Positions 16,665 to 25,211 are shown, counted from the first letter of the stretch. The stretch: 52,443 nucleotides of DNA from a virus (IMGVR_UViG_3300023109_002746:1-52443), one strand, 5' to 3'. Program-made: numbers and translations. The notes: generated from the sequence alone by a model not told the origin.

Positions 16665-17274
16665 TTAATTCTTCAAAAATATTATTTAGCACATCATGAA
16701 AATTACGAATGCTTCCATTATTATGTATACGATATGTGAGGATGTTGAGTTCCTCAGGCAACACATATTGACTTTCAATTTCCGTCGACTCGTTAATAGT
16801 AAATGTTTTACGTAGTCTACCATTAAAGTAACGACGAGAATCTGTAGAATAGTCATGCCCTTCACGAGTAAGCTGAACGATTACAATATTTTCAGCACCT
16901 ACTCGTTCGACCAAAGGTTGAAGCTCTTCTACGAATCCACCATCAGCAATAGCATAATGATTACCATCTTCGATTTCTTCAGCAACTGTACGACCAAAGT
17001 AATCTAAGCCTTTCTTTGGCTTAAGGATATCTTCCGACACGTATATCATAGCTTCGCGACGAGACATATCATTCAAAGCAACCTCTTGCTTTTCCTTAGT
17101 GGTTCGATCATCGTAACCTTCCATGAACCACTGCTCATCAACTTCAAAGTGATTAATGGTTTCTTTGAATAGCTGATACTTAAAGGATAGATTACCAAAG
17201 CCAAAGTTTTCTTTATAGAAAGCAGCAGCTTCATCTTTACCTGAGCCCGGAGGCCCGTTGAATATTACTATCAT
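16600..17274 (-). CDS. deoxynucleoside monophosphate kinase-like
   Basis: FNGPPGSGKD, SRREAMIYVSE..K, ADGGF..E, DSRRY. Confidence 0.75.
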   Translation of the reverse strand: MIVIFNGPPGSGKDEAAAFYKENFGFGNLSFKYQLFKETINHFEVDEQWFMEGYDDRTTKEKQEVALNDMSRREAMIYVSEDILKPKKGLDYFGRTVAEEIEDGNHYAIADGGFVEELQPLVERVGAENIVIVQLTREGHDYSTDSRRYFNGRLRKTFTINESTEIESQYVLPEELNILTYRIHNNGSIRNFHDVLNNIFEELSEQYVIEETRGNTDSQCDKSS

Positions 17275-17822
17275 AAGTCGTTCCTATATTCGAATCCAAA
17301 CTTACATATGTAGTATGCATCTACTACGTCTGAAATAGGATTCCAAGTTTTAGTTTTAATTCCAAGTTCGTCTCTTATATCGACACCACATTCTTCTTCG
17401 AATGCTTCCACCATACGTTCTTTATTTGCATTACCTTTGCCGGTGGCGAACTTCTTAATCTCAGTAGGAGCTGGCGTTAATACGGTTAGACCAGTCTCCC
17501 ATAGTTTGAGTTTTAAGATTCCTGCGTTTTCTGCGATCTGGAAGACTCTTCCGACAGCACCAAATGCATATCCTTCAAGAGCAACTCGAGTGACGTTCGA
17601 TCTAGATAAATGACCGACTGACCAATTGGCCAAGTTTGTAAAACGCTGGACATCATGATTCCAGTGTGGATATTCTTCACCAATGTACTGCTTAGTTTTT
17701 TGAGCCAACTTATCATTTTTTACCAAGTAATAAAATTTGCAATTTGAGTACGACCAAGTTTCACCTTCGTGGATACATAGTGCTGGGCTTGTTAAGCTGT
17801 AATCGATTCCAGCTACTGCCAT
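17271..17822 (-). CDS. RuvC-like Holliday junction resolvase
   Basis: GIDYSLTSP, ALEGYAFG, IKKFATGKGNANKE, DVVDAY. Confidence 0.85.
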   Translation of the reverse strand: MAVAGIDYSLTSPALCIHEGETWSYSNCKFYYLVKNDKLAQKTKQYIGEEYPHWNHDVQRFTNLANWSVGHLSRSNVTRVALEGYAFGAVGRVFQIAENAGILKLKLWETGLTVLTPAPTEIKKFATGKGNANKERMVEAFEEECGVDIRDELGIKTKTWNPISDVVDAYYICKFGFEYRNDL

Positions 17823-17859
17823 TGTTATCTCCATTCATAATATACGATAGAGATATTTA

Positions 17860-18375
17860 TCACTCTGCTCTATAGAAGATATGAGAACCAATGTGACCTA
17901 CTAAACTAAACCGCGTACGCCACGAAGGTTCTACATAAGTCGCATGATAGTGTGTTGCACCTTCAGTGATACCTCGATACAGACCACCTTCGATCATTTG
18001 ATATGCAACGAGCCGGCTTTCAGCCCAAGCATCCATATCAGTAGGATCATCACTACGACCATCACAATACCAACTAAACTGGCATTTGTTTCGAACAGGT
18101 ACTTCACGCCCTTGCTCAAGATGCCACTTACTTAATACAGCTTGCTTTACAACACCACAAATTGTATTAGGATAGCGATTATCATTAACACGATTCAGTA
18201 CAACATCTGATACAGCAAACTTACCAGCAAGATTCTCACTACGAGCTTCGTGGTAAACATTCAGTGCAAGACAATACTCGTCGTCACTGATTACTTGAGC
18301 ATCTGCAACATACGATTGAGCGAAGAAGTATAACAATATGATTGCTATACCAGCATGAGTTCTAGTAATTTTCAT
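17860..18375 (-). CDS. cell wall hydrolase (SleB/Hydrolase_2 family)
   Basis: CLALNVYHEARSE, VVLNRV, CQFSWYCDG, GATHYHA, IGSHIFY; N-terminal TM/signal. Confidence 0.92.
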   Translation of the reverse strand: MKITRTHAGIAIILLYFFAQSYVADAQVISDDEYCLALNVYHEARSENLAGKFAVSDVVLNRVNDNRYPNTICGVVKQAVLSKWHLEQGREVPVRNKCQFSWYCDGRSDDPTDMDAWAESRLVAYQMIEGGLYRGITEGATHYHATYVEPSWRTRFSLVGHIGSHIFYRAE

Positions 18376-18650
18376 GCTTGTTTCGTTATGCTGTATGCAT
18401 TAAGCAATTCTTCATCAGACATACGCTTTCCAAACGTATGAATAAGTTTACCATTCTGAAAACGTTCGATATAACCAGCATTGTATTCAATGTCAGTTAC
18501 ACTCTTAGTCATACCAGCGGTATCGTCAGGACGATCATCGTAGTACATAGAATCCATAGAATGTGTATGGATGCAAGCAGCACCACGAGACCATTCAAGC
18601 GCTTCTTGCATCATGGCAAAATCTTCAACCATCTTAGTATATTGTGTCAT
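18372..18650 (-). CDS. hypothetical protein
   Basis: 92-aa ORF in operon. Confidence 0.65.
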   Translation of the reverse strand: MTQYTKMVEDFAMMQEALEWSRGAACIHTHSMDSMYYDDRPDDTAGMTKSVTDIEYNAGYIERFQNGKLIHTFGKRMSDEELLNAYSITKQA

Positions 18651-18921
18651 AGTTTTTCTCCACTACTTCCATTGTCCATCGGTCGAAGACTGTTTCACAT
18701 TCAGTACATTTCCAATAACTGACACCATCGTGTTTACCTTGGATTTCTATTCCAACTACGTTCTTACCAAAATGCTTTGGTGACTTATGAGTACATCCAT
18801 ACAATGCTGCGGTCTGTACTGCTTTCCTACGAGAGTAACCTTGACTCTCAAAGTACTCTGTGATTGTTTCGTCTTCTTCCCAATCAGTGTTACAACTTGG
18901 GCAGTTCTTACCTGCTGCCAT
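18634..18921 (-). CDS. zinc-ribbon protein
   Basis: CPSC ... DGVSYWKCTEC. Confidence 0.7.
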   Translation of the reverse strand: MAAGKNCPSCNTDWEEDETITEYFESQGYSRRKAVQTAALYGCTHKSPKHFGKNVVGIEIQGKHDGVSYWKCTECETVFDRWTMEVVEKNYDTIY

Positions 18922-18947
18922 CGTAAAACTCCTCTAAGTGTTTATGC

Positions 18948-19436
18948 TCATTTCAGTTTCCACGTCAATTCGATACGTTCTTCGCCGGACTCACCCCAAA
19001 ACCATTCGCATCCACACTCTTCGATAATAGGAAGAATTGCTTTGAGATTCTTAACACCTTCAGCACTACCATCGAAGCAAAAAGTACTATCGTCTTGTTG
19101 TTCAGGCGTGTTGCAAACAAACCCAGGCTGACTCGTATCGTAATCATCGGTGTTTAGATTCGAGTAGCTCATGCCTGTGCCGTTACACTCAGCGCAATCT
19201 TCGTCATCCTCGTCGTATCCCTCACCATCACAGAACTCACATTCTGCTTCGTCATCATCATATACTTCGCAGTCTTGGCTATGATTAAAGAGAACTTTTG
19301 AAAAGTCAATTTCTGTCCCATCATCAAATTCAAAAGGAACGTCCTCCCAAGCACATGTTTGGCAGCAGTAATGATTCCATCCTACATACCAGCCTTCTTC
19401 ACGAAGACGTTCTTGAAGCTTACGAAATCCGTTCAT
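18948..19436 (-). CDS. acidic Cys-rich protein with DnaJ-type zinc finger insert
   Basis: CCQTC; CEFCDGEG and CAECNGTG (CxxCxGxG x2). Confidence 0.7.
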   Translation of the reverse strand: MNGFRKLQERLREEGWYVGWNHYCCQTCAWEDVPFEFDDGTEIDFSKVLFNHSQDCEVYDDDEAECEFCDGEGYDEDDEDCAECNGTGMSYSNLNTDDYDTSQPGFVCNTPEQQDDSTFCFDGSAEGVKNLKAILPIIEECGCEWFWGESGEERIELTWKLK

Positions 19437-19666
19437 GCCAGCTTACCTAAAATCCAAGGAAGTACGTCATCACAATAGATGTCCATAATTTCTTGAGCAG
19501 TAAAGCCGAAGCCCTGCATATGATCGATGAACTGATCTTGATCAATTTCTTCTTTCGAAGCTCGTTCAACGATATCTAGAACGAGTTCACCAAGTTCACC
19601 TTCTAAATAATACGAAGGAACAGCTGCGTTAAGATGAAGTTTAGTAATCATATCATTGTTATCCAT
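19433..19666 (-). CDS. hypothetical protein
   Basis: acidic helical ORF; start probably 19666 or the next Met. Confidence 0.55.
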   Translation of the reverse strand: MDNNDMITKLHLNAAVPSYYLEGELGELVLDIVERASKEEIDQDQFIDHMQGFGFTAQEIMDIYCDDVLPWILGKLA

Positions 19667-19742
19667 GTTGAGGCTGCTACAGCAAGTATACACATAAAGA
19701 CAGGAATCATGATGAGACCTACAGTTCGAAATATTAGATCTC

Positions 19743-20111
19743 TCATGCAAATAACTCCTGTTGAACTGGGGCTGAAAGGTTTTTAGGACGTAGCATCTTC
19801 ATCATGTTACTGTTGATGTAGTGACCACGTCCCTTTTCAGTACGAATCATGTAATAGTCAGCATTCTTACGAGGATCGCCAGTAGGTAAGTCTCGATTGA
19901 TATAAGCAACATGACCTTGAATCGTACCTGCGCCACCAGTCCACTCAACCTTGTCACCTACATCAGCGAAGTCACAGTTGACTTTCCAATTGCCATCCTG
20001 CTTGATAACCAAAGCTTTTGGATTAGGATAAGTCAAACGAACAGTTTCAGCCATACGCTTATCAGTGAAAGGACCTGCTTTACGAAAACCATTACAAACT
20101 AGAAAGAACAT
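19743..20111 (-). CDS. hypothetical early protein (SH3-like C-terminus)
   Basis: VGDKVEW..GTIQG; first gene after a class A promoter. Confidence 0.7.
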   Translation of the reverse strand: MFFLVCNGFRKAGPFTDKRMAETVRLTYPNPKALVIKQDGNWKVNCDFADVGDKVEWTGGAGTIQGHVAYINRDLPTGDPRKNADYYMIRTEKGRGHYINSNMMKMLRPKNLSAPVQQELFA

Positions 20112-20143
20112 ATAAAAACCTTATCAATTAATTTATGAGTACC

Positions 20144-20225
20144 ATTCTAACAGGATTTTTGCCGCTTGTACACCTTTTTTTCACTTTTTTTAGATCATTT
20201 AGGAATAAGGATATAACTAAAGTGA
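20144..20225 (-). promoter_or_regulatory. class A early promoter with upstream operator
   Basis: -10 20144-20149, -35 TGTACA 20167-20172, TTTAGATCATTTAG-GAATAAGGATATAA-CTAAAGTGA 20189-20225. Confidence 0.85.
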
Positions 20226-20232
20226 ATAAGGG

Positions 20233-20670
20233 TCATCTTCCCATTCTGGAGATCTCTTTAGCTTGCTCGGTTCCTCGCATGACTGGGACTGCGTTGGACT
20301 TGTGCATTGTAGCGATTCCGATGACGAGGTCTCCTGTGTACTGCTGTCGTTCTGATCTTCCTGCCGACTGGCCAGGCGCAAGCTTGTTCGGCGCTGGGAG
20401 GCTTGACGATGGATAGTGCGGTGTCTCGCGGCGATACGATGTGTTCGGTTCATAAGCTTTGAATTCCTTTTTTACTGTTACTTTACCGTGGCAATAATCG
20501 AGATATTCTTCGAACGTATCATAGCGCAAATCATGATTGCCGGATTGTTTCATTTGCTTGTTGTGAGTGCGCCAAGCTAGCTGAAGCTCATTAATACGAC
20601 CTTTAGTTAGCTTACGCTTGGGTTTACGAGTATTGAGAGAGTTGGCCCCTCGGATTAGATGCATAGTCAT
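20233..20670 (-). CDS. conserved T4-like hypothetical protein
   Basis: C-terminal YTGDLVIGIATMHKSNAVPV..AKEISRM motif. Confidence 0.75.
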   Translation of the reverse strand: MTMHLIRGANSLNTRKPKRKLTKGRINELQLAWRTHNKQMKQSGNHDLRYDTFEEYLDYCHGKVTVKKEFKAYEPNTSYRRETPHYPSSSLPAPNKLAPGQSAGRSERQQYTGDLVIGIATMHKSNAVPVMRGTEQAKEISRMGR

Positions 20671-20700
20671 TATACAGATCTCCACGATTCAATATTTTCT

Positions 20701-20729
20701 ATTATACCAGGATCTGACATGATTGTCAA
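20701..20729 (-). promoter_or_regulatory. class B sigma70 promoter
   Basis: TTGACA-N17-TATAAT. Confidence 0.9.
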
Positions 20730-20742
20730 CTGTTTATTTCAA

Positions 20743-21063
20743 TTAAACAGTAAAACTTTCACCACAGCCACATTCTGCTGCTACATTTGGGTTTCTAAAC
20801 ACAAATCCTTCGTTTAATCCGGTACGAATAAAGTCTACTGCAGTTCCGTCTATGTACACATTACTTTTAGGATCTACGAATACATCTACATCACCGCATT
20901 TAGATATTATATCATCTTCTTGTGGAATGTCAACAAATTCTATAATATATGCTAGGCCAGAGCATCCGGTGGTTGTTACACCAAGACGGATACCTGCCCC
21001 TTTATTACGAGCTTTAAGACTCTTAATAGCATGTTCTTGAGCTTTTTGTGACATAGTAATCAT
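20743..21063 (-). CDS. iscA: Fe-S cluster assembly A-type carrier
   Basis: GIRLGV..GCSGLAY..DPKS..GLNEGFVFRNPN..CGCGESF. Confidence 0.95.
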   Translation of the reverse strand: MITMSQKAQEHAIKSLKARNKGAGIRLGVTTTGCSGLAYIIEFVDIPQEDDIISKCGDVDVFVDPKSNVYIDGTAVDFIRTGLNEGFVFRNPNVAAECGCGESFTV

Positions 21064-21064
21064 A

Positions 21065-21571
21065 TTACTTTGCTTCTTTTGCGCTCTTTTTTTCCATCAG
21101 AATGACTGCTTTGTCGTACTTAGCTTTGTCAACGATACCTTCTGATAGGAGTCGTTCACGATTGACCAAGTGAGCTGCTTGAGTCTCTTCCTTACTTCCA
21201 CCGAAATAAGGTACACAATGACCTTCTTCAGCCATGATCTCAGTCACTCGGCACCAACGGTCATTCTTTCCATCGTAGACTTCGAAGTCACCAAGTACTC
21301 GACCGAACTTACCTTTCATGTCTTCGCCATGCTTGTCTTCGGTCGTCATTAGTTTAGCACCACCTTTCAGTAATACTTTCAAGCGAGCCTTTGCAGCTTC
21401 ACCGAATAAATCTTCGACCCTATCACTAGTACGTGACTCGGGTGTATCGATACCCATGATCCGTACGCGCTCGTCTGTGAGCGTAATGCCGAAGCCTAAA
21501 TCAATGTCTACGTCTACCGTATCTCCATCGACTACCTTGAGTACTTTTACATCGTACTTATTGTGCTGCAT
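21065..21571 (-). CDS. thermonuclease (SNase-like)
   Basis: KVVDGDTVDVDIDLGF..RVRIMGIDTPES..GKFGRVLG. Confidence 0.9.
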   Translation of the reverse strand: MQHNKYDVKVLKVVDGDTVDVDIDLGFGITLTDERVRIMGIDTPESRTSDRVEDLFGEAAKARLKVLLKGGAKLMTTEDKHGEDMKGKFGRVLGDFEVYDGKNDRWCRVTEIMAEEGHCVPYFGGSKEETQAAHLVNRERLLSEGIVDKAKYDKAVILMEKKSAKEAK

Positions 21572-21585
21572 TTTATTATTCTCCT

Positions 21586-21873
21586 TTAACTAAATTTTTT
21601 TTGTAACCATTTGAATGTTGCGTATATGGATAAACCATAAAATGCTAACACGCTCATTGGTAGTGCAATGTAAGCGAGTTCCCAAGGACTTAAAAATAAT
21701 ACTTGCCACGTAAAATCAGCTACTGCTTGCGCATCACCGATATCTGCCATTTCCATAGAACCTAACTCATCAGTCAATTCAACTTCATGTTCGTTTACAA
21801 AGTCAAACCACTGTTCGCTGGTAAGACACACCATATCATCAGGACATTGATGTGCTTGGACTACTTGTTCCAT
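21586..21873 (-). CDS. membrane protein
   Basis: acidic N-terminus plus C-terminal TM helix. Confidence 0.65.
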   Translation of the reverse strand: MEQVVQAHQCPDDMVCLTSEQWFDFVNEHEVELTDELGSMEMADIGDAQAVADFTWQVLFLSPWELAYIALPMSVLAFYGLSIYATFKWLQKKFS

Positions 21874-22061
21874 CAGTAATCTACTTTTCGCCTCGTAAGC
21901 TCATTGCGAATTTTTTGCTTGAGCTTTGGCAAAGTGTTGCGACCTTCAAGAGCATTCTTCAGCTCGTCAGTCGAAATATTTTTAATGTAAGATCGTCGTG
22001 TTTCAGTCTTACCAGATTGTCGGTCTTTAACAACAGTGTCTTCTTTATATTTAATAGGCAT
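21873..22061 (-). CDS. small basic hypothetical protein
   Basis: 62 aa, coupled to neighbours, ends KIRNELTRR. Confidence 0.65.
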   Translation of the reverse strand: MPIKYKEDTVVKDRQSGKTETRRSYIKNISTDELKNALEGRNTLPKLKQKIRNELTRRKVDY

Positions 22062-22444
22062 TATACTTCCTCATGTTTTTGTCTATAGTCATTTACTGCA
22101 GCTTTGATTGCGTCTTCTGCAAGTACACTACAGTGGATTTTAACTGGTGGGAGGGCAAGCTCTGAAGCAAGGTCTGTGTTCTTAATCGCTTCAGCTTCAT
22201 CAAGACTTCTTCCTTTAACCCATTCGGTAAGCAAGCTGGAAGACGCGATAGCACTTCCGCATCCGTAAGTTTTGAACTTTGCATCTAATATCACTCCATC
22301 TTTTACTTGTATTTGTAACTTCATAACATCGCCACATGCCGGAGCACCGACCATGCCTGTTCCTACATCATCATCTTTCTCGTCCATCCTACCGACATTG
22401 CGAGGATTTTCATAATGATCTATCACTTTATCAGAGTACGCCAC
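22061..22444 (-). CDS. iscU: Fe-S cluster scaffold protein
   Basis: AYSDKVIDHYENPRNVG, GAPACGDVM, KTYGCGSAIASSS, LPPVKIHCSVLAEDA. Confidence 0.97.
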   Translation of the reverse strand: MAYSDKVIDHYENPRNVGRMDEKDDDVGTGMVGAPACGDVMKLQIQVKDGVILDAKFKTYGCGSAIASSSLLTEWVKGRSLDEAEAIKNTDLASELALPPVKIHCSVLAEDAIKAAVNDYRQKHEEV

Positions 22445-22667
22445 TTGGAATCCTTAAGTGTTTTTTAAGATTGTTAAGATTACCTATGTAATTACCGTCA
22501 GAGAAAATATGAGGCATAGTTCGAGTATCGCAACCGGTTGCTACTAGTTCTTTATAATACATGGTAATTCCTGCATCATAGTATTGATACGGCTTTCCAT
22601 ATTTCCTACATTCTTTTACAGCTTGTGTACAGTACCCACATCCGCGAGTACCATAAATCTTAATCAT
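22431..22667 (-). CDS. glutaredoxin
   Basis: MIKIYGTRGCGYC..TMPHIF..YIG; start at 22667 after GGAGG. Confidence 0.8.
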   Translation of the reverse strand: MIKIYGTRGCGYCTQAVKECRKYGKPYQYYDAGITMYYKELVATGCDTRTMPHIFSDGNYIGNLNNLKKHLRIPSGVL

Positions 22668-22810
22668 TGCCAAATTCCTCCACCACTGAAAAATCCAAAA
22701 AAAGTAAAACTTAATAATGCTAGTGCTGCTATTAGTCCATACCAAGTTTCTGAATCCGACCAATCTTGTCCCGCTTGGATTTGTTTATAGCGAGGTTTTT
22801 TCTTTGGCAT
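22664..22810 (-). CDS. small membrane protein (48 aa, not in ORF track)
   Basis: MPKKKPRYKQ..WYGLIAALALLSFTFFGFFSGGGIWQ; ATGA overlap with the grx gene. Confidence 0.55.
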   Translation of the reverse strand: MPKKKPRYKQIQAGQDWSDSETWYGLIAALALLSFTFFGFFSGGGIWQ

Positions 22811-22824
22811 TGCTTCGTCCTGAG

Positions 22825-23130
22825 TTAAGTTAGATCTTCACCATACCTGCCTCGTTCACGATTACCATCACCATTAAGCTCAGTATGATCCTGTTGCTTA
22901 TGTTTTTGATTTTTATCATTCCAGTCAAACTTCTCAGCTGCTTTAGGATACCGAGTTTCTGCTGGATGAATAGTTTGCCCAGGATCGTAAGGTCGTTCAG
23001 TAGGATTATCAGACTCGTAAGCTAAGTCTCTATCCTTTGAACCGAATATACGATCCCACCCATCTTCATATTTTTTCGTTGCGGCTTTGCTTTTGATAGC
23101 ATCGCCAGTAATATCGTTTTTTGCTGCCAC
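22825..23130 (-). CDS. hypothetical protein
   Basis: KNDITGDAIKSK..YEDGWDRIF. Confidence 0.7.
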   Translation of the reverse strand: MAAKNDITGDAIKSKAATKKYEDGWDRIFGSKDRDLAYESDNPTERPYDPGQTIHPAETRYPKAAEKFDWNDKNQKHKQQDHTELNGDGNRERGRYGEDLT

Positions 23131-23139
23131 CGTCTTTCC

Positions 23140-23799
23140 TCAGATTTTCGCGCTACGGTACATTCTACCGCCCTTAATCGTATCTCGACGAAGTTCAAAT
23201 GAGAGTCCACACTCTGCAAAGATTTCTTCGAGGTCCTCTTCCCAACGCCAATAAGTTTTTTGAAAACGATCGTACACATAATCGTCTGGCGTTGGTTCCG
23301 TATCACCATTAGCAGCAGGTGGTGCCCCGCCAAACGTCGAAAACATAGCTGACGTTGGATGATCATCCAATGCTTCTCTTACATTGCGCAAACCAATTCG
23401 TAGTTTCTCATCATTGACATGCGGCCATAGAGAATAAGCCCAAACAATATGTACTTTCTCATCGCCTAAAGACGAAAGGTCAAAATTATCATTGACAATA
23501 AACCTAGGCTTTTGAGCTTCGAGAACTTTAGGATTAATCTCGTGGTTAAGACCATAATCAATAATCCTTTGATTCGTATCAAGACCAATATACTTACCAG
23601 TACCGTGAGTCTTAATTAGTCGTGCACCAAGTCGTAAAGACCCACAACCTAAATCTAAAAAGATTTTATCTTTGTCGTAAGCCATTAGCTCGTCATTAAT
23701 AAAATCCCATTGCCATTTCTGAACTTCGGGCCAGTTACCACCTACCCATCGTCTATATTGCTCCATACCGTAGTGTGGATCAACTGCTTCTTCACTCAT
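23140..23799 (-). CDS. class I SAM-dependent methyltransferase
   Basis: FLDLGCGSLRLG..YIGLD..WAYSLWPH. Confidence 0.85.
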   Translation of the reverse strand: MSEEAVDPHYGMEQYRRWVGGNWPEVQKWQWDFINDELMAYDKDKIFLDLGCGSLRLGARLIKTHGTGKYIGLDTNQRIIDYGLNHEINPKVLEAQKPRFIVNDNFDLSSLGDEKVHIVWAYSLWPHVNDEKLRIGLRNVREALDDHPTSAMFSTFGGAPPAANGDTEPTPDDYVYDRFQKTYWRWEEDLEEIFAECGLSFELRRDTIKGGRMYRSAKI

Positions 23800-23802
23800 T
23801 AT

Positions 23803-24153
23803 CTAATCTCCCGGTTGCTTTTCTTTCCAATCATTAATGAATCGTAATTTACGCTCGTGGCTCCAACCGTCTGGACCTTCTGACAAGTATTTATTGTCAT
23901 CGTCAAATAGTTCAAGCATACGAGCCTGATCAACGATTTGTTCATCAACAATTTCTTCTCCCAAGTATTTTTGAGAGAACTCTTTCAGCTCTTGTGCATG
24001 AACAGCTTCACCTGCCCACTGCTTTGCAAGTTCAGCGGTTAGCTCAACTTCCTCATTAAAAGATTGAAGTGCTTCAGTTGGTATAACGTAACGTTGTCTA
24101 AAACTCGTTGTGCACGTTAATACAACATACTGACCTTCAAGTTCGCTCTTCAT
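23803..24153 (-). CDS. hypothetical protein
   Basis: SFRQRYVIP..EFSQKYLGE; AGGAG RBS. Confidence 0.7.
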   Translation of the reverse strand: MKSELEGQYVVLTCTTSFRQRYVIPTEALQSFNEEVELTAELAKQWAGEAVHAQELKEFSQKYLGEEIVDEQIVDQARMLELFDDDNKYLSEGPDGWSHERKLRFINDWKEKQPGD

Positions 24154-24162
24154 TATGTACTC

Positions 24163-24273
24163 CTATAATATAAAAATAATAGCTAAAATAAACCCCACAT
24201 TCAAACCAATAGAACAAACAGTGATAAAGTCTTTAGTAAAACTTCTCTGCTCGAACTCTACAGTTTTGGGCAT
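24163..24273 (-). CDS. small membrane peptide (36 aa)
   Basis: AGGAG RBS; MPKTVEFEQRSFTKDFITVCSIGLNVGFILAIIFIL. Confidence 0.5.
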   Translation of the reverse strand: MPKTVEFEQRSFTKDFITVCSIGLNVGFILAIIFIL

Positions 24274-24280
24274 GTAACTC

Positions 24281-24430
24281 CTAGTCGTTGTAATTGATGG
24301 ATTTCGTCAACTTTTGTTTCTCAGTAATCTTATCCTGAGCTTGCTGAGAAACAACAGCGGTTATTCCCCCGAACACCATAGGACACATCATAACGCTAAG
24401 AATACCTAACAATAACCCTAGGTTTTCCAC
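24281..24430 (-). CDS. small membrane protein (49 aa)
   Basis: GTG start; LGLLLGILSVMMCPMVFGGITAVV. Confidence 0.5.
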   Translation of the reverse strand: MENLGLLLGILSVMMCPMVFGGITAVVSQQAQDKITEKQKLTKSINYND

Positions 24431-24558
24431 TTAGCTTTTTCCTCACCCTTAATCAGTTTACGAGTACTATTGGGCGCACCAAAGTCTCGCTCATAAACTG
24501 TTTTCCCACGATCGGGACTTTCATAAATTTTAGGAACGCGCTTTACACTATCGTTCAT
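24418..24558 (-). CDS. small hypothetical protein (46 aa)
   Basis: AGGAG RBS; KIYESPDRGKTVYERDFG. Confidence 0.6.
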   Translation of the reverse strand: MNDSVKRVPKIYESPDRGKTVYERDFGAPNSTRKLIKGEEKAKWKT

Positions 24559-24568
24559 ATCAAATCTC

Positions 24569-24796
24569 CTAATATTTCTGATCGTTCTTTAATCTTCTCT
24601 GAATTCTGTATATTATATATTCAGCCTCAGGAAGGTCATCACCCATAAACTCAATAACTTTATCTATCATATCGAGCTTTTCTATTTCATCATGCATGCG
24701 CTGAGCATGCCTCAGCCGAGCGTACATCTCAGAAAACTCGTGAGGTCCGAACGGCTTTTTGTTCTTGTTAGAATCTTTTTCGTTCACTTCAGCCAA
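24569..24796 (-). CDS. hypothetical protein
   Basis: 75-aa ORF in operon. Confidence 0.6.
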   Translation of the reverse strand: MAEVNEKDSNKNKKPFGPHEFSEMYARLRHAQRMHDEIEKLDMIDKVIEFMGDDLPEAEYIIYRIQRRLKNDQKY

Positions 24797-25203
24797 CCAA
24801 TTTTCAGACCAGCCGCTTTGCGTCGGTCGTACTCCTCAACAGAACCTGGATATCTCCAAGCCCATACAAGCCAAAATAACATGAATAAACCTATACCGAT
24901 AATTGCTGCCGGCTTAAGTTGTAGGTATATAAGCCAAGCAAAAGAAAAAGCCATACATGCTGCCATAATATACTTTGCTTTTGTTGGGTAGATTCTCTTC
25001 TCAGTCCATGCTCGAACGTATGGACCAAACGTTGGATGTTCCCAAATCCACTGTTGTAAAGCTGGAGAGCCTTTACTGAAACACCATAGCGCAAGTAGCA
25101 AGAAAGATGTTGTAGGAATGCCGGGTACCAGTACTCCAATGTAAGCCATTCCCACCGATACTAGACCGGCGCCCCGCCACAAATATTTTGTTACGCTATT
25201 CAT
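24784..25203 (-). CDS. ybaN: YbaN/DUF454 inner membrane protein
   Basis: IGVLVPGIPTTSFLLLALWCFSKGSP..HPTFGPYV..W..KAK. Confidence 0.85.
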   Translation of the reverse strand: MNSVTKYLWRGAGLVSVGMAYIGVLVPGIPTTSFLLLALWCFSKGSPALQQWIWEHPTFGPYVRAWTEKRIYPTKAKYIMAACMAFSFAWLIYLQLKPAAIIGIGLFMLFWLVWAWRYPGSVEEYDRRKAAGLKIGWLK

Positions 25204-25211
25204 AATTTATA

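Noticed and set aside
159-20225. Dispersed repeats as a CRISPR array or IS ends
   Set aside because: Spacing is irregular and kb-scale, each copy contains -35/-10/RBS elements, and no cas or transposase gene is present
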